A model generated the notes under the pieces. The model was not told the origin of the DNA. It saw only the letters and a program-made list of their open reading frames with translations, and made no database searches. The position numbers were made by a program, and so were the translations under genes. 64,000 bases of DNA, taken from NCBI GenBank assembly GCA_965603825.1, contig CBFDEM010000058.1:620001-684000 (forward strand). Direction: 5' to 3'. This stretch comes from Blepharisma stoltei ATCC 30299. Its lineage: Eukaryota; Protista; Ciliophora. Numbering within the stretch: position 1 is the stretch's first letter; every line of letters begins with the position of its first letter. This document shows positions 62,768 to 64,000 of this stretch, one piece after another.

Positions 62768-64000
62768 TTAATCAGTTCCTTGTTTGCATACCAAAGTCTT
62801 CAATGACCTGATTTGCGCCATCATAATGCTTTTATCAAGCTCTTTTATTTGGAATTCTACCAGTGTGCTTTCGTAAATATCGCTGAAACTATTAAACTCT
62901 TTTTCAGAGAGCTCCAAAGGTTGATGAGCAGCTCTTATTCTTCTTCTGAACTTAGGATCAATTGTTCCATTAAATAAATTAAACATCCCAGAAACAATCA
63001 TTGTAAAATTTTCAAGTTTTGCACATTTAAAATATTTGATGAGAGAATTATTTTCAAGAATTTTATTGCAAAGCGAAAAGATGAATTGGTCCCAAAATGG
63101 TTTACCGCCGTATTTTTCTACTAAATTTTCGTTTTTAACTTTTGTCGCTTGTGTGCTTAGATTCATTTCGTCTAAATTATCAACAATGGTATTGATATGA
63201 TTTTTTACAAAAGTATCAACCATTGTAGAAAATGATGGTTTTTTTGCTTTTGCGAAAATTTCAGTTGGATGATTAATTATAAGGGGATTTTTTCTTCTTA
63301 CTGAGCTAAATAGACATGACATAGGGCTTGAGTCTGCAAAATAAAATGGGCATTTTTGAGGTGCTGTAGACATTGAATTTATGCTCATTTCGCCTTCATT
63401 ATTGGCGATTTTATCTGATCTTTCGTTTAATGTATAGCATTTATCATAAAGCTCATTTTCAGGTATAGGTTTGGGATTCGATTTATTTCTATATAACCCA
63501 GCTAAAGAGTTCGTAGATTTTACCACACTTTTGTTTAAATCTTGTTCTGGAGCTTCAACAATAAATTCTTCTACTTTAGAATTATCCAGACTACTATATT
63601 TGTTTCTTTGTCTTCTAAAGCATATGCTTATTGTTTCAGGAATTTTAATAGGCTGAGATCTTCTTAAGCTTGTATTTAAACTGTTTGCAAATTCTTTGCA
63701 TTTGAGCAAAAATCATTTTTTATCCCTGTTTTGTATAAAATCAAGCACAATTCCATTGATATAATTATCTTTAAAAGGATATTTATTTAAAAACTCAATG
63801 ATTTTGGCAGTCATAGCGCTAATTTCAGGAAATTGCCCTTTGGTCTCAACAACAAAACATTTTTCAGGGTTTTTTGGATTTACTAAAAATTCATTACTAT
63901 TGTCTTTACTAATTTGAGTAAATAAATTATTTTTTGTCTCTTTGGGGGGATTAATACTAGCATAAAATTCTTCAGATGTACTATAAGAAAACGACTTTGA
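62768..64000 (-). CDS. ATP-grasp-like + truncated hemoglobin fusion, copy 14 (5' part outside window)
   Basis: Close paralog of copy 13. The frame continues through TGA-Trp at ~63713 toward the window edge. QKCPFY; globin RAAHQPL. Confidence 0.9.

Noticed and set aside
31936-63656. Plus-strand ORFs of 60-206 aa overlapping the array (e.g. 37102-37677, 60664-61284) and similar antisense ORFs elsewhere
   Set aside because: These are antisense shadows of the real genes: Phe/Leu/Ser-rich and without motifs.
31521-64000. Array copies as pseudogenes with premature stops, or as separate small globin genes
   Set aside because: The breaks are TGA, the fragments stay in frame, many TGAs align with TGG in paralogs, and copy 10 is one uninterrupted ORF.
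31521-64000. Bacterial contamination or a prokaryotic operon of globins
   Set aside because: The array is contiguous with spliceosomal-intron genes and PRP31/CAF1/DYRK, and it has the same UGA=Trp usage and AT-rich spacers. Ancient horizontal origin of the domain cannot be judged here.
1-64000. CRISPR arrays, rRNA, tRNA or intact transposase/RT genes
   Set aside because: None recognised by eye. A tRNAscan/Infernal run would be needed to exclude small RNAs in the AT-rich spacers.

Overview
This is an AT-rich, gene-dense eukaryotic window. It reads as macronuclear-type DNA of a heterotrich ciliate, most likely Blepharisma. In-frame TGA falls at conserved Trp positions (e.g. DHHCP-TGA-IGNCVG), only TAA/TAG end genes, and all 12 introns I found are 15-nt GT..AG introns with an A at position 10. 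The supplied ORF track is therefore fragmented, and I rejoined genes by reading TGA as Trp. The left half (1-31 kb) holds a class-2 DYRK kinase; NME7, interrupted by a 107-bp TA-bounded IES-like insertion; a Cys-rich hypothetical gene; four tandem copies of a small membrane-protein gene in different states of decay; two paralogs of a Cys/His-motif family; a ~4-kb degenerate island with a hairpin and direct repeats; PRP31; a DHHC palmitoyltransferase; a cNMP-binding protein; a TBC-rhodanese protein; CAF1; and a MORN-repeat/dual-specificity-phosphatase fusion. The right half (31.5-64 kb) is a head-to-tail array of at least 14 intronless paralogs of ~645-700 aa on the minus strand. Each has a divergent ATP-grasp-like N-terminal domain, a conserved TSxSINNP motif, a linker that often carries Cys-Pro (heme-regulatory-like) motifs, and a C-terminal group-I truncated (2/2) hemoglobin. 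The proximal His is invariant but the distal pockets vary. This expanded globin-fusion family is the best candidate for an undescribed system, possibly a eukaryotic globin-coupled O2/NO/heme sensor family. All homology calls are by eye; no searches were run.
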